Program-made: the position numbers and the translations under genes
Notes under the pieces: generated by a model
The model's input: only the letters and a program-made list of their open reading frames with translations
Told to the model about the DNA's origin: nothing
Databases searched by the model: none
In this document: positions 62,491 to 64,000 of the stretch, piece after piece
Position numbering within the stretch: the stretch's first letter is position 1
Layout: each line of letters starts with the position of its first letter
Assembly: GCA_013265495.1 (NCBI GenBank)
Contig: MU057865.1
Location: 930,001-994,000, forward strand
Direction of reading: 5' to 3'
Source: Vicugna vicugna
Lineage: Eukaryota
DNA: 64,000 nucleotides

Positions 62491-63829
62491 GAGAGAGAGA
62501 GAAGGGTTCCAGGATCACCCTCAGAGTAAGGGAGGCCAGCAGTGCCAGTCAGAGGGCATGTGGGGACAGGTTGTCGGGGAGAGGAATCCTGGGAACACAA
62601 GGCAAGAGAGAGGGACCACGATGACACCTGTCAGAAGGAGGGATACTGGAAAAAACCCTCAGAGAGATGGACGCTAGGAATAGGTCATCAGAGAGGGATG
62701 CTGGGAATGCAAAGAAAGAATGAGGAATGTTGGGAACACTTGTCAGACAGAAGAATGAGGAAAAGTCACAGTGGAAAGAATCCAAGGCTATACCACTTGA
62801 CTTTTTGAGAAAAAAGGCATGTTGATCTTAGCAGGTACTGAGTATTTTGTTAGAGGTATTCAAAACAACCCGTGAAATGACATGTTAGAAGGATTCAGTC
62901 CCTCAGTGGAGGATGGAGTTCGATAATCCATGATACCTTCTGACACTGCATCCATAATTATATAAAAGATCCACTCTCCATCAGTTTCCTAATTTCCATG
63001 ATGATGATTTCAGTCATGCTCAGCACCGATTCAAACCTCAAGGCTTTTGCAACCAGAGCCAACATCTATTTCAAAATTCCAGGGTCCCCCCCCACTTTGA
63101 TTCCCCTAGCTACCATAACTTCCTGTTTTGAAAAGGGGGGAATAACCCAAAGGTACCATACACATCAAAGAGCTCCTGAAATATGACATTTTGATGAGGT
63201 GAGAAGTAAAGCAGTAAGAAACAAGTATGGATTAAACGTCTCCTAAAAAAATGGGTGTTAAAAATTGATGGAACAGCATCTGGCAAACCACACTGAAGAT
63301 TTTGCCAAGCCCCCAGTGTTTGAAATATTCTTTGTTACACTTGACAAAGTCAACCCCGCTGAGTGTCTCAAAAGATATTGCCACTACAGGTTGGCAAAGC
63401 AACCTATAAATACACAGTCCAAGTTTTCAAACAGTTTCTTCAGTCCAGAAACAACAACAACAAAAATACAGTCCAATTTGTTTTGAGTGAAATAGGATTT
63501 CCTGGACTGTTTCCAGTTGGGAGAAATAAATTTGGAAAAACACAGCTTTTGAAAATAGCATTGCTGATATAATTATTGTCTTTCTAATCAATGAAACAAT
63601 CATACTTCAGTTTTGTGTGGTATATGGTGTAGTTACTGGTTTTGTTGCTGTTTTATCCAAAGGGAATATATTGCTTTGTATATACTGTTCTTTCTAAAAC
63701 CACAGCAATACTGTTATGGCCTCCATCCTGCTTCTACCCTTGCTGATTGCGTCCTTTTTTCTCTCTTTTCTTGCATCTTCTATGCTCCCCCTCCAGATCC
63801 ACTGACCCCTCCTCCTATATTCTACATTG

Positions 63830-64000
63830 TACTCATTTTCCCTTTTATCCTTTTCCTTTTCTGTTGCCTGAACTACAGGCATGACAGTAGGGTCTTCAGC
63901 TGCCATATTGTTCTGTGAAGTAAACTTAAGGATGGAAGCCAAGCACTAAGAATGGCAGAGAAGGAATCCTGGTTAATTGGTGACCATGGAGCCACCATAT
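63830..64000 (+). mobile_element. Old MLT1-type LTR fragment
   Basis: cagctgccatattg...aagaatggcagagaagg...ggagccacc. Confidence 0.55.

Overview
AT-rich, non-coding placental-mammal genomic DNA (gene desert or large intron). I cannot support any host protein-coding exon or RNA gene. Three tRNA-derived SINEs match the camelid Vic-1 type, so the source is most likely a camelid. The window contains younger L1 insertions, ERV1/ERVL/MaLR solo LTRs, a Tigger1-derived MITE, MER5/MER45 DNA transposons, old MIR/L2/L3 fossils, microsatellites and one 12-N assembly gap. It also has several repeat-free, TAAT-rich blocks that look like conserved enhancers. The only ORFs recognisable as proteins are decayed L1 ORF1/ORF2 pieces. 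The most notable structures are: (i) an L1 that keeps ORF1 but jumps from the inter-ORF spacer to the extreme C-terminus of ORF2; (ii) an ORF1-only L1 retrocopy with a perfect 16-bp TSD; (iii) two twin-priming 5'-inverted L1s; (iv) a solo LTR with a CCAAT array, octamer and TATA box; (v) an LTR with an embedded MLT1 terminus; and (vi) a perfect 26-bp palindrome. I found no convincing new biological system. Repeat family names come from recalled consensus features and need Dfam/RepeatMasker confirmation. Boundaries of the old repeats are approximate.
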